Shown: piece after piece, positions 1-14,300 of the stretch
Position numbering within the stretch: the first letter of the stretch is position 1
How the letters are laid out: each line of letters begins with the position of its first letter
Source of the DNA: Paragordius varius
Lineage: Eukaryota > Animalia > Nematomorpha
Direction: 5' to 3'
DNA: 64,000 bases
Assembly: GCA_964247055.1 (NCBI GenBank)
Contig: OZ176059.1
Coordinates: forward strand, 2,852,001 to 2,916,000
Translations under genes and position numbers: made by a program
The notes under the pieces: generated by a model
The model's database searches: none
What the model saw: only the letters and a program-made list of their open reading frames with translations
What the model was told of the DNA's origin: nothing

Positions 1-3000
1 GTTTTGTGTTTGAATTATAGCATTAGATTCGCTTAACATAATTTTTTGTCCGTTAAAACTCGAATCTAACATGAAAACATCATCGTCAGGATCAACAATA
101 GGTGGTGGTGGTGGTAAAGGTAAATGAGATGTAGATAAAACGTTTGATGAGTTGGTAGTGTATTCCAAACATCGTGTTTTACATGGAGAATTTGGGATGG
201 TATTATTGTTATAATTATAATAATTAAATCCATAACTGTCGTCGCTAAATAAAGCATAAAATTGAAAGGATTTAAACAATTATACATATATATATATATA
301 TATAATGAATGTTTGGTATTTTAGTCATTTTTTGAGTTTACCGAGCAAAAGAAAGCAGCATTATTGGGTGAAAATCAATTTAGTATGTATATTACAAAAA
401 ATTATGGGAGATCAAAAAAATACTACAAATATATAAAAGGGAAATGAATGATTTAAACTTTATATACTTATTAAAAATGTGGAATTTTTTTAACTTATAA
501 AATAAAATAAAGCGAATGAATTGCAAAACTCTAAAAAAAAAAATTTGTACATCAAACGTATTTCTCGTTAATCAAAAAATAAATGTCTTAAAAACATATA
601 ATAAAAAACCATTTTTTCCGTTTATTTCTCGTCGGCGTATTATTACTATATATTGGAGGAGAATTGTGCCTAAAATTTTTTTCATCACAACTACAATCTT
701 TTACACAGTCATGACGGATAGCATTTTCATTTTCCACTATGAGCGGATGAGTAAAAGGAAACGTGGGCGGGGGAGACCGGTTTCTCAGTTGATCGCGGGC
801 AGTTATAACGCTCCAAGCTAAACCCGTAATTTTATCCGTACCCATGGCACGATAAATGGAATCATATGTGTTTTGATGGCTCGCATTACAAAACCCTCTA
901 TCACGGTTAAAAGATGCGCTATAAAAATGTCGGTTTATTTCTTCATTATTATTACAATGGCTATTTATGTCAGTGGTGGTGATGGTGGTGGTATTAATAT
1001 CAAAGGGTGTACTACTTGATATATGATGAGGCGAATTAGTTTGTTCCAAATTTTGATTGCCGTGGGGCGGCGAGATTAGGTAGTTGTTTAAGGTTGAAGG
1101 TATAATCGTTTTTTCAAGAGCCACACCAGGAACAATATTAGTAGATTGAACACATTGATTAGCCTGCTGGGGGGGGGGGGGGGTAAAAAGCAAGGTAAAA
1201 AATGTTAAAAAGCAAGGTAAAAATGTTAAAAAGCGAATAGTAAAAAATTGGTTATAATGCACATATTAAAATCAGGATATGGTATAGTTTTTAACGTGAT
1301 TAAATTAACGTTAATTTAAATATAGTATAATTGGAAATTAAAAAATAATTTTATGCATTACCAATACTTATTTATATAATGGAATATAGGGTAGAAATAA
1401 GTAAAAATAATTATGAAGTAGTATCCCCCAAACACAATCACCATTGATATAGGTATGAAAGTGTGGTTTATAAACATTAGTCTGATTAACGTAATCAAAT
1501 ACGTTATAACGTTATTACATTTAAATTTTAAAAGAGAGCTAGCTAGCTAGCTAGCTATGAGTTTAAATAAGCCAATTTTTTATACACAATCTGTGAGTCG
1601 ACAACGATAAGTCAACACACGCCAAATTATGTTAAAAAACCATAGCAAAATTAGTAAAAATATTGAAAAATTTTATGGATATCACATTTTTACAAAAAAA
1701 CATAATATAATCTTTATATATAATGTAAAATATACTATACAAAACCTGTAATTCCTGTTGAATTGATAAATAAGGTTCCTCAAACTTTAAGCCCGAATCC
1801 TCGTTAATTAGAGTTTGAGACGAACAGGAAGGCATATCTAGTCCATTTTCTATAAAATATTGATGATATTAACATAACAAAATATTTTATTTGAAGGAAT
1901 TTAATACTGCAATAATATATACCATTTACAATTCAATTTCACCCTCGAACAATTCGAATTCACCCTAAATATAAATCATGTGTTTTCGGTCTAATATAAC
2001 TCATCATAAATAATACATACATCTTTATGGCATAGTTTTATTATTTTTTCAGTATTATTTTAATGTTAAACAATTATTTTTTTAAAATTTAAAAAAATAT
2101 AGGTAAATTTTAATCGTAAAAAACACATAATATATTTTAGGGTGATTTTAAATTGTTCAAGGGATATGAAGTGTAAATGGATATGTAATAAGATTTGTGC
2201 TAGCTAATTTTGTGAATTGCCTATATTTTTTTACCTTTTTTTTATTTGATAATAACTGTTTTCAAAATTTGATGAATTTATATAAGGATAAATGAGATCA
2301 CTATAGTTGTATACCCTCATAAATAAAATTGAAATTATTGTGCTTCATTTCGATATATAGGCGTCATTTATATAATAATTTAATTAAAAAAAAAGTTTTT
2401 TTTATGGCGAATTTTACACCAAAGTTTTTTCTATGGAACTAAAGTATGCATTTTAATGGTTGCTTATTTCACAACACTATAGTAGGGGGCAATTTGCAAC
2501 ACACAGTGGTGTATGGAAAAAAATAAAGGAAATAATTGTTTATTCAACATTTTGTTGCTTTTAAACTGCCCCCACTAAAGGGGGGTGAAATAAGCAACCA
2601 TTAAAATGCATATTATATATAAAAAATAAATAGCTAAGCTTTAATCTTAGGAACAAAACAATATTATAGCTCTCATGATAAACCAATAGTATAAATAATG
2701 AAAACATAGTCAGAAAGTTTCATTGTTTTAATTGTAATAGATTATTGTAGTGTTATTTAAACGGTTTATTTCTGATAAATATTTTGCTATCAAACATTTT
2801 TTTTCAAAACTATTTTAATCCAAAAAAATTTATCATAAAAAATAATTAATAAACAGCAATGTGTATAAATCATTTTTTATTGATACGCGCTCCAAATGCT
2901 AACCTTAATTCATATAATAATAAACTTGCTTAGTTATCTATGCGGTAATCACATGTTTAAAACTACATTTTTAATCTCACAATATGCATATATATAGCAT

Positions 3001-6000
3001 TTACACTTCAAATTAACCCTTGAACAATTCAAATTCACCTTCGAACAATTTAAATTCACCCTAAAATAAATTATGTGTTTTTTAAAATATAATATTACCT
3101 ATATTTTTTTATATTTTCAAAAAATAAAATTTTGTTTAAAAATATTGTACAAGAAAAAATAATAAACTATGCCACATGGATTTATTTCATATTAATGAGG
3201 AGTATATTATCCCGAAAACACATAATTTATTTTTAGGGTAGATTTTAAATTGTTCAAGGGTGAAAATTCACCCCTGGACAATTCAAATTCACCCTAAAAA
3301 TAATTTATGTATTTTCGGGATAATATAACTCATCATCATTAATATGAAATATAATTTTACGACATAGTTTATTATTCTTTCAAAATTATATTATTTTTAA
3401 CAGAATTATATATTTTGAAATATTATAAAATAAAGGTAATTTTTAATCTTAAAAACACATAAATTATTTTTAGTGTAAATTACTATTGTTCAAGGGTAAA
3501 TTTGATTTGTTCAAGGGTGAATTTGAATTGTTCAAGGGTGAATTTGAATCGTTCAAGGGTGAATTTGAATTGTTCAAGGGTGAAATTTGAATTGTTCAAG
3601 GGTGAAATTAAATTGCAAATGATATAATATATATATTAAACATATATATTACCAATTTGCCCGGTTAGACCATGGACCGGCGGCGGTTGTTCCGCTAATC
3701 CATCATGTAGTATAGACGTTGCGTTAGCGGTTAAAACATTTGATGAATCAACATTATTATTATTATTGCGAATCGGTATGTCAATAATTCTTTGAACACA
3801 TGCACGTGATGAGTTATCATTACCAGCGGAAGGGTTATAACGGTCACCATCATCGTGATGATTGCTAGTGTTTAGCGGTGGTGTAGCCGCCAGCAGCGGC
3901 GGTAACATATTATTGGTAAGGGCATTTAAATCCACAAGTTTTGTTACCTGTGTTTGATGACATTAAATATTTATGTCATGTATATATATATAATGAATGC
4001 AGTGCAGTGATAAAAATTAAAAATTGAGACAAATATTTAATTTTTTACAAACGTAAAAAATGATGGCAATACTTTTTTAACCTTAATTATTAATATATAC
4101 TACCGATTACAGTTCAAATTTACCCTAAAAATAAATTATGTGTTTTCGGGATAATCTAACTTATCATTAATATAAATATATCTTTATGGTATAGGTTATT
4201 ATTTTTTCAGTATTATATTAATTATAAGGGAAATTTCAATATAAAAAAATAGGTAATATTTAATCTTAAAAAACAAATAATTAATTTTTAGAATGCATTG
4301 TTCAAAGATGATTAAATGGTTAAAGGGCGAATTTAAATTGTTCGAGGGTGAATTTAAACTATAAATGGTATATTTCCAATTTCTTACAATAATTTACAAT
4401 AATATTATGCTTCCCATGATATTACACATATAATAATGAATGATCAATTAATATTTTCATTGTTTTTAACTCATTATAGTGGCTTAAAACTACACCCACG
4501 CACTTTATATATATAGTTTGTGGAAAAAATAAAAGCAAAAACTTTAAATGATTCCATCTTAAAAAAACCAAAACCTTATTTCGAAATCGAAAAAGTGCAG
4601 GCTAATCAACATAAACTAATTATTTTTTTGTATAATAAGAAAAAATGAGGTATATTGCTGTAGCGGTTTATCCAAAATTTGGTAAAATATTATTCAATAG
4701 AAGACACCTGGCTTGAGGTAGCATCCCATAAATAAACGCAAGACCCGAGACCGACGGCTAAAACATTGTTTTGAGACCAATCGACCAAGTTTAAGTAAAA
4801 ATCGTCCGCTAACTCAGGGGCATCTAAAACTTTGTAGGGTAATGGTGGGACCGTGCGAATCCGCTAAAACATATTTTTTTCAAAAAAAACGGTGTTAAAA
4901 AAATTTCATATGTGTGTGGAAACATTTTTGTGAGTTGACCTTGTACTGATCAATTCTTACCCCCTTTTTTTGAAAAAAAAGTTGATTTTTAATCAATCTT
5001 TAAACAACTTTTTGTATTTCTATCGTATGTCCATGGGTAAAAATTTTGGTTTTAGTTTTTCTAAGCAAAATAAAACAAAGTAAAAACGGATTTCTTAGAG
5101 TAATGGCAAAAACGTTTTTGGCGGATTAGCTATCTTGCATTTTATACTCCAACCAAAGTAAATTCGTAAAAACACTTGTTTGCGTTTATAAAAAATATTG
5201 ATATATAAAAAATTTTGTTTGCGTAGTCTCGCCCTTTTTAAAGAGATTTTCATATATATAAATGTCTAAAACATAATGATTACAAAAATGTTTGGTTTTA
5301 GGTAATAATTATACCTTACGAGGGGACCCCAAAACAAGCTCAGAATCCTGAGTTAAATGCGTACTGGAATATGGAGATATTTGGATTGCATTTTCTTTCT
5401 TGGGCGTACACTAAATATTTGGGTAAAATGAGAACAAAAATAAAAAAGAATTACATTTTTTTTAAAAAAAAATTCACATCTATAGAAACGCTCCTACCCC
5501 CTAAATAAACCCCGACCTAATTGTATAAAAAATATATCGTTCAATATTTGCATCCCTACCCGTTTTTGTGAGAGAATAATAAAATTGAAATTTTTTAATA
5601 ATAACAGTATTTTATTCTTGCAATCATTCAAAAAATAATTAATTTTAATATTTAGGGGTATGTATAATAACCACAAACTGGTTCATAGTGAAAAAGGGCA
5701 TGCTCTCAAATCTGATTTGATCCTAACTTAAAAACTAAGATCCTAATAAAAAATTCTTAAACGATATATTGATAAGCATAAGCCATATTTAAAAGAGCTG
5801 TTTTCATAAAAATTATAAAAGGGGAATTTAAATATATATATATATATATATATATATTACGCGAAAAAGCCTTCGTGCTGCCGGAGATCTAGTTGTGGTT
5901 GCTGTTAAATACATGTTTTTATGTTGCCTAATGATATGCGGTACTGTTCTAACTACTTTTTTACTTGTACTCATACTTCCGATTGTTCGACGATTACTTG

Positions 6001-8680
6001 AGGAGGAGGGTGTATTAAAGATTCGGTCCGCCCTAAGCGGTGTAGATATAAGCGGTGATAATAGTGATGATGATGAAGCTAACTTAGTCATCCGCTGAAA
6101 ACAGCTGTCAGCATAAAGGTTATAACTGTTTTTTTGTCGTTTATTGATTGTTGGTGGAGTAGTGTTATTTGACATTAGCGTATATATTGGTCGAGCCTGA
6201 GCCGTGTCAAAAGGGGAATTTAAGTAATCGTGGTGTGGGTATTCACTAACCATACCGCTAAAACCGGATAAACAGCTGCTAAAACTATTACCGTTGCCAT
6301 GGAAACTATTTTGGTCTTCATAAGCGCATTCCAAGTTGATGTGATTATTAGATGTGATTCTGTGTCGGTGTTGTCCATTACGTTTTGTATGAGATGCATT
6401 ATTAATGCTACTGCTACTAAATTTTTCGGTGCCTTGTTGGAAATTGAGTTTGATACGTGTTACAGGTATATAAGGATCTAAAAAAACAAAACAAAATAAG
6501 ATATTTAATGTTGTTTGTTAGATATAAAATATTTATTACGTGAAAAAATGGAAATTAATACGAACTATCATATATTTTGGAGGTAGTCAATGTCAAAATT
6601 AATTACATGAGCTCACTTAATTTCTATTAAAGTTTTACTTAACCTGATAGCTTTTGTTCATTCAGTAAAAGACACGCCAAAACAAAATTGCCTACCAATA
6701 GTATAATTTGATTCTCTATTATTCCAATCAAAAAACAAACAAATAGTATGTCTTCCTAAACTAATAAAAATCATTTTCATTTTTTTGATTTTCCACTATT
6801 TTTTAACTTCATACCGCGGGTGCTAATAGAAAATTCTAAATTTCATACCACCACAAGCAAAAGTGTTAATTCAAAGCAACAATCGCCTAAAATACTTTTG
6901 ATTTTTTGATATAATCTTTGTTTTACCGTTAATTACACGGAAGTACCGAATTCCTAATAATTTCAATCAACCATAAGCTAAAGTACAGTAGGATTAGCAA
7001 ATGAATATCACGTAGCAACTAATGAATATTTAAATGAAAAAAAAAATGATTAGAACATGGTTAAAAAAAATATGGTAAATTTGTAAGTAGATACATCATA
7101 CAACAAAAAGGATTCATCAAGGGTAGTATAACATATTTTTTAACCATTTAATCATTTTTTTTTTCATTTTTAATTTAATTTTTGTTTTTTTGTGTGATAA
7201 TCATTTATTAATCTTAGCGTAATATAATCATTGTTTAACATACTTTGCGCAATGGGAAACAAATTAAACAGATCTCGGTTTGCCATTAGGTTAGCATTGG
7301 AACCACAAATTTCATTGTCAAGCAAGTCATGTAATATGTGATTCGTATTAACCAGTGGGACATATACAGGAGGAAATTCATCTTTTTCCATATTCAATGG
7401 TGTAATGATGTTTGATTGGGATGGTGTACCATGTGATTGAGTTTTTGGCTCACCGAAAAATGTATTATTACTTGTTTGACATGGCTGAGTTAATTTTTCT
7501 CTAAAAATGACATTTTGATTTAGTATATATATATTATATAATATATTATAGCAGTTAATAGTTATAAAATCATTAGATTATTGGGTATAAATTTAAACAA
7601 AACTCTCAATAATTCTGTGTTATAACGGTAAACTTAATAAAGATATCAAAAAATATAGGTTTAATTTTGTACTTTGGGTTACTTTCGTATCCCGGAAAAT
7701 ACGATATTGTAATATTTAAAAATGATTCAATTACAATACATTTTAGCAGAAAAAAATAGGTTTTATAACCATTATAAACGTAATTAGTCCTAAAAATAAA
7801 ATTGGACATAGTTTTCGTTAAAGAGAAAGAGAGTAAATATATTATGGTACTGTTGTTTCAAGGGGAGTTTATCATTGGAGGATAAATTGTCAAAACTGTT
7901 AGAATTAGGGTTATCATTATCAGATGAGACCGCTTCAAAATTTAAACGCCGACTAGCGGAAGCTATCGTAGTTATAAGCTTAAAAGAGGAAGAAACAATT
8001 GATGGTTGAATTAAAGCGCTTTCAATATTGTTTGGTTTAATGGGAGGAGTGTTTTTACCCAAAACAGGCGGTGATTTTTGTGATATTACATGATTATAAT
8101 TATCATCCAATGTTTTATCCAAATCTGTCAATTTTATTATACAATCTTCTGCTGTTTGGATATCTAGAGACCGTGACAAGGGCTTTTCAAACAAACATTT
8201 TTGGTTAATCAGGGCATTTGGCAAGCTAAGTTTGAGTTCATTGAAATGAGGTGTTATATAAACATTTTCGTTTGTTTTATCATCTTCTAATATATTAAAG
8301 AATAGTTATACTCTTATTAGCTTTGTCTTCAATATTTAGTAGAATAAAATCTGAATCCTTAAATGTTTGGTCGCTATCTATAGTATTTAGATTTCCGAAT
8401 CCAATAGACCTAAATAGAGTTCTGGTAACATTTTGCTTTTTGTTTAATGATTTGTTTTCAAAATTTAAAAAATTCCTCTTTCTTTTATGAGGTGTGGTCC
8501 ATAGTTTCTATATATCATAAAATAATAATTACATGATGCAAATTATTAGCATTTTTCCATTTTATTCCTGTCCTGCTTGGTACAAACCGATCTCCAGTGG
8601 TTTTTAAATTAAAATTCTAACTTTTTAAATCACTATACTTTAAAAAGATTTTCCTTGTCAGCCAAATCGCCGTTGTCCAT
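1..8680 (-). CDS. FZR1: Cdh1/Fizzy-related (APC/C activator)-like protein; at least 10 exons, 3' end outside the window
   Basis: Phase-consistent GT-AG exons: 8680-8639, 8616-8533, 8507-8312, 8286-7851, 7500-7244, 6477-5861, 3947-3653, 1849-1746, 1166-610, 244-<1 (2832 nt, 944 codons, open at the edge). N-terminus MDNGDLADKENLFKNFNLKTTGDRFVPSRTGIKW has a KEN-like motif and a C-box matching Cdh1 GDRFIPSRAGANW; HDLLDNEICG resembles Cdh1 ALLKNELLG. No WD40 repeats seen in the window, so the family call rests on short motifs. Confidence 0.62.
1920..2182. mobile_element. MITE family A (TACCATTTACA termini, TA-flanked), in FZR1 intron
   Basis: Left TACCATTTACA, right TGTAAATGGATA; internal AATTCACCCT/AGGGTGA inverted motifs shared with copies at 2995, 4101, 46425 and 49588. 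Confidence 0.7.
2445..2612. mobile_element. MITE family C (palindromic, about 170 bp)
   Basis: TATGCATTTTAATGGTTGCTTATTTCAC ... GTGAAATAAGCAACCATTAAAATGCATA inverted ends; homologous to 45396-45578 and to the terminus at 20918. Confidence 0.7.
2995..3624. mobile_element. MITE family A, long/compound copy with 20-bp subterminal tandem repeats
   Basis: TAGCATTTACA ... TGCAAATGATA ends; about six TTGTTCAAGGGTGAATTTGAA units at about 3487-3610; two internal body halves. Confidence 0.7.
4101..4370. mobile_element. MITE family A copy
   Basis: TACCGATTACA ... TATAAATGGTA ends; body matches 1920-2182. Confidence 0.65.
4650..5690. mobile_element. Unclassified intronic element, possibly a Transib-like non-autonomous relic
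   Basis: Locally GC-elevated non-coding block ending CTGGTTCATAGTG (reverse complement CACTATG, a Transib-type terminus); matching left terminus not found, so the left boundary is approximate. Confidence 0.25.
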
Positions 8681-8757
8681 AAAAAAATTTAACCTGGCGT
8701 TACTAATTAACTCCACTAAAAAACATATAAACACATGTTTGTATTGACGAAAATTAA

Positions 8758-8937
8758 CACTTGGATACGACACACTCATTTTAGTCCTTCGATTCAAATC
8801 GGGGTAGTTGGATACCCCAGACCTTTTTAAAATCAACTTTAAAAGTATGGAAAAACCATAGCAAAATTTTGCACTTAGGTAGCATTTATAAATAGAAATA
8901 TATAAAAAAATTTATTCAAAAATAGATATTACTTGTT
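8758..8937. mobile_element. MITE family B, truncated left-end copy
   Basis: TTAA then CACTTGGATAC...; near-duplicate of the first about 180 bp of the copy at 8942. Confidence 0.7.
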
Positions 8938-8941
8938 TTAA

Positions 8942-9517
8942 CACTTGGATACAACACACTCATTTTAGTACTTCGATTCAAATTGGGGTAGTTAAATACC
9001 CCAGGGCTGTTTACAATCAAATAGTTTAAAAAGTATGGAAGCAATCGAAACCATGGCAAAATTTTGCACTTATTTAACATTAATGAACCGAAATAAAAAA
9101 AATTTTAATTCAAAAATACTTGATATTACTTATTTTGAGCTAAAATTGAAAGGAAAAAATTTAGTCAACGTGACATGTGTCAAATTGTAAAATTAAAATA
9201 TAATACAAAATAAACCGCTTTTTCTATTTCTATCAATGTTAGATGTAATTTCTATAAAAAAAAGCTTTAGTTTTACCCTTAAAATTAAAGGAAGACGATA
9301 TTTTTCAAAATTTTTGTAAAATAAAAATGGCGTCGAAGTAGTTTGACATAAAACTTTTTTTTTAAACCAAATTTTATTTAGTTTGGCATATCTATATAGT
9401 TTTTTATTAAGATAGAAGCATAAATTTAAATTGGGACCGTTTCCTTCAGAAGTTTTTTAAAAATATTAATTTAAATTTAGTCTGGGGTATTTAGATACCT
9501 CAATTCGAATCGAAGTG
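8942..9517. mobile_element. MITE family B, full copy (piggyBac-like, TTAA-flanked)
   Basis: TTAA|CACTTGGAT ... ATCGAAGTG|TTAA; subterminal inverted repeat CTTCGATTCAAATTGGGGTA is offset by a spacer at the left end only, the asymmetric layout known from piggyBac. Confidence 0.75.
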
Positions 9518-9559
9518 TTAAATATATAACTAATTAGGATGTAAAAACAAAATAGAAAC

Positions 9560-10855
9560 TAATATATATTCTAAAAAAAACAGAATTTTGGCTTGGCTTT
9601 TGTGGCCTTAACCTAAAATATAGAAAAATTATCACTCATGTAGTAACCTGCTTTCATATCAGAAAATGGCAAAACTTGCGCACATTTTGTTAAATATTTT
9701 TTGAGAATATTAATTGCTAAAAGTAGCCTTTACACATAAAGAAAAGGGATATTTTATAAAAATTATATTCGGAATGTGGGCTATAAAGTCTCAAATAAAT
9801 AATTAGCAAATTCTAAAAACGATGGGTTGAGATTGCAGGATATATGTATTATATATTATCCTAATTTTTAGATCAAAGTTTATTTTGAAAAATAAACTAT
9901 GTATTTTAAGACAAGATGGAAACGGTGGAAAGCGCTCAAGAATATAATGAGAAGACTTTATATAATATTTAATGGTTAACAATATTATCACCCCAGAATA
10001 ATAATTTAAAGATTCGTTTTCTAATTTAAGTCAATGTTTATAAAAAATAATTATATTAAACATTTATAAAACGTATGATTTTATCTAAGGTAAAAGAAAT
10101 GAGCATTATCGAATTATATAGAAAATTGTTTTATTATAGCTTATTATACCGTTTTAAATAGTATGAAGTACGCTAAATTTTGTTATAAATTAATTTAACA
10201 AACATTTATTTTTTTAAAAAATTCATGTTTTTAAATTTTTATTGCACAATAATTCATGTTTATTTTTAAAAAATTATATGCGGGTATAATTTAGGACTTT
10301 CAGAGCCTCGGTCTAAAAACTAATATTTTTTCAAATTATTGTTTGTTTTTTTGTGGGAGTTTTTAATATAATTTGGTGTATATTTGAAGTGAAGTATAGC
10401 TTATATTATATATATATCTATAACATTTAACACTTAAATACCTTCTTTTATAATGGGGTAAATTTATATTCCAGAGCTCAATTTGTGAATTATCTACATT
10501 TTTGAAAGTTAATTTATTAAATTTAATTTTCAAACATTAATATTATTGATATACAGAAAATGCATATTTTTTACGGTTTGTGTTTCTAGAGTGCAAAATT
10601 TGGACAGGTCCAAAACATGATTGAAACGATAATCTCATATTAAAATTTAAATATATATTAAGTACTGGTAAATTGTAGCTTTAAAGCTTTTTTATCTAGA
10701 TATTCAAAATATAAATCGCTTTACGATATAGAACTACCATAAAATTTAATGGAGTATTAACAAACGCAAATCTTGCCATTTTGTAATAGCAACAAGATAA
10801 ATAACCAACAAACGAACTATGATGATTTTGCTATTTTATTTTTAGAAAATATAAA
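9560..10855. mobile_element. Degenerate inverted-repeat element (family G)
   Basis: Left TATATTCTAAAAA...AAAATGGCAAAACTTGCG is mirrored by CGCAAATCTTGCCATTTT...TTTTTAGAAAATATA; shares blocks with 52990-53700. Boundaries approximate. Confidence 0.4.
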
Positions 10856-11397
10856 TTTTATCTGGATATTTTTTGTGAACACTCTTCCATGCCTCAAAAT
10901 AGTTACCCTTCAATAAAATTTTAATAAAATTTTTTTTGAAAGCATGTATTCAATAAATTTTTTCATTAATCGCGTACAATTAATTGAAAAAAATATCTAC
11001 ATCTTTGTAATAATTATTTCCTATCAAAAAATTGTTTACATTATATAATTTTTTCTCGTAAATGCTTCAGTAAATATCAGTAATTATTAATATACTATAT
11101 TTTAAACATATTTTTAAATTTCTATTTTTAAATGTGGACTAGAGTCTTATTTTGAATAAAAACATGATTGAGCGATATTAGTTTTTCATATCTTTGGTTA
11201 CAACATCTAACTGCTGCTTACAATCGAATATGGAGATAATATACCTTCGAAAAAGCAATAAATCGACAACGATCGTTGCTATAATCCAAAGAATAGATCA
11301 TTTAAATATCTCAAAAATTTATTTTTGAGAAATGTTATGTGTACTTCATGCTCGTTGAAGCGGGGTAGAAACGGATAAAATTTATTCGACACTTTTT

Positions 11398-14300
11398 TGA
11401 AAGTTGTGGATTGTGTAAAATACCCATATAAGATTGGTTACGATAATTTGATTGTATGAAAGTTATGGATTATTGTGTAAAATACCCATATAAGATTGGT
11501 TATAATTTGATTGTATGAAAGTTGTGGATGATTTTGTAACATACCCATATAAGATTGGTTAATATCATTTGAATGTTGAAAGTTTATTGTGTAAAATATC
11601 CATATAAGATTGGTTAATATCATTTGAATGTTGAAAGTTATGGATGATTGTGTAAAATACCCATATAAGATTGGTTAATATAATTTGATTGTATTAAAGT
11701 TGTGGATGATTGTGTAAAATACCCATATAAGATTGGTTAATATAATTTGATTGTATGAAAGTTATAGATGATTGTGTAAAATACCCATATAAGATTGGTT
11801 ATAATTTGATTGTATTAAAGTTGTGGATGATTGTGTAAAATACCCATATAAGATTGGTTAATATAATTTGATTGTATGAAAGTTGTGGATGATTGTGTAA
11901 AATACCCATATAAGATTGGTTAATATAATTTGATTGTTATAATGTTGTTGTGAAAAATACCCATATAAGATTGGTTAATATAATTTGATTGTTGAAATGT
12001 TGTGGATGCTTGTTAAAAAACCCATATAAGATTGGTTAATATAATTTGATTGTTGAAATGTTGTGGAATTGTGTAAAATACCCATATAAGATTGGTTAAT
12101 ATAATTTGATTGTATGAAAGTTGTGGATGATTGTGTAAAATACCCATATAAGATTGGTTAATATAATTTGATTGTATGAAAGTTGTGGATGATTGTGTAA
12201 AATACCCATATAAGATTGGTTAATATAATTTGATTGTTAAAATGTTGTCGATGCTTGTTTAAAAAACCCATATAAGATTGGTTAATATAATTTGATTGTA
12301 TGAAAGTTGTGGATGATTGTGTAAAATACCCATATAAGATTGGTTAATATCATTTGAATGTTGAAAGTTGTGGATGATTTTGTAAAATACCCATATAAGA
12401 TTGGTTAATATAATTTGATTGTTATAATGTTGTTGTGAAAAATACCCATATAAGATTGGTTAATATAATTTGATTGTTGAAATGTTGTGGATGCTTGTTA
12501 AAAAACCCATATAAGATTGGTTAATATAATTTGATTGTTATAATGTTGTTGTGAAAAATACCCATATAAGATTGGTTAATATAATTTGATTGTTGAAATG
12601 TTGTCGATGCTTGTTTAAAAAACCCATATAAGATTGGTTAATATAATTTGATTGTATGAAAGTTGTGGATGATTGTGTAAAATACCCATATAAGATTGGT
12701 TAATATCATTTGAATGTTGAAAGTTGTGGATGATTTTGTAAAATACCCATATAAGATTGGTTAATATAATTTGATTGTTAAAATATTGTGGATGATTGTG
12801 AAAAATACCCATATAAGATTGGTTAATATAATTTGATTGTTATAATGTTGTTGTGAAAAATACCCATATAAGATTGGTTAATATAATATTGTTGAAATGT
12901 TGTGGATGCTTGTTTAAAAAACCCATATAAGATTGGTTAATATAATTTGATTGTTTAAATGTTGTGGATGGTTGTTTATAATACCCATATAAGATTGGTT
13001 AATATAATTTGATTGTTAAAATATTGTGGATGATTGTGAAAAATACCCATATAAGATTGGTTAATATAATTTAATTGTTGCACAGTTGTGGATGATTGTG
13101 TAAATTACCCATATAAGATTGGTTAATATAATTTGATTGTTAAAATATTGTGGATGATTGTGAAAAATACCCATATAAGATTGGTTAATATAATTTGATT
13201 GTTATAATGTTGTTGTGAAAAATACCCATATAAGATTGGTTAATATAATATTGTTGAAATGTTGTGGATGCTTGTTTAAAAAACCCATATAAGATTGGTT
13301 AATATAATTTGATTGTTTAAATGTTGTGGATGGTTGTTTATAATACCCATATAAGATTGGTTAATATAATTTGATTGTTAAAATATTGTGGATGATTGTG
13401 AAAAATACCCATATAAGATTGGTTAATATAATTTGATTGTTATAATGTTGTTGTGAAAAATACCCATATAAGATTGGTTAATATAATATTGTTGAAATGT
13501 TGTGGATGCTTGTTTAAAAAACCCATATAAGATTGGTTAATATAATTTGATTGTTGAAATGTTGTGGATGCTTGTTTAAAAAACCCATATAAGATTGGTT
13601 AATATAATTTGATTGTTAAAATGTTGTGGATGGTTGTTTAAAATACCCATAAAAGATTGGTTAATATAATTTGATTGTTAAAAATCTGTAAATGATTGTG
13701 TAAAATACCCATATAAGATTGGTTAATATAATTTGATTGTTTAAAAGTTGTGGATGATTGTGTAAAATACCCATAAAAGATTGGTTAATTTAATTTGATT
13801 GTATGAAAGTTGTGGATGATTTTGTAAAATACCCATATAAGATTGGTTAATATAATTTGATTGTTGAAAAATTGTGGATGATTGTTTAAAATACCCATAT
13901 AAGATTGGTTAATTTAATTTGATTGTATGAAAGTTGTAAATGATTTTGTATGCCCATATAAGATTGGTTAATTTAATTTGATTGTTGAAAAATTGTGGAT
14001 GATTGTTTAAAATACCCAGAAAAGATTGGTTAATTTAATTTAATTCTATGAAAGTTGTGGATGATTGTGTAAAATACCCATATAAGATTGGTTAATTTAA
14101 TTTGATTGTATGAAAGTTGTAGATGATTTTGTAACATACCCATATAAGATTGGTTAATTTAATTTAATTCTATGAAAGTTGTGGATGATTTTTTAAAATA
14201 CCCATATAAGATTGGTTAATTTAATTTGATTGTATGAAAGTTGTGGATGATTTTTTAAAATACCCATATAAGATTGGTTAATTTAATTTGATTGTATGAA

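Noticed and set aside
516-6481. Plus-strand ORFs 516-821, 5895-6098 and 6299-6481
   Set aside because: Antisense shadows of FZR1-like exons.
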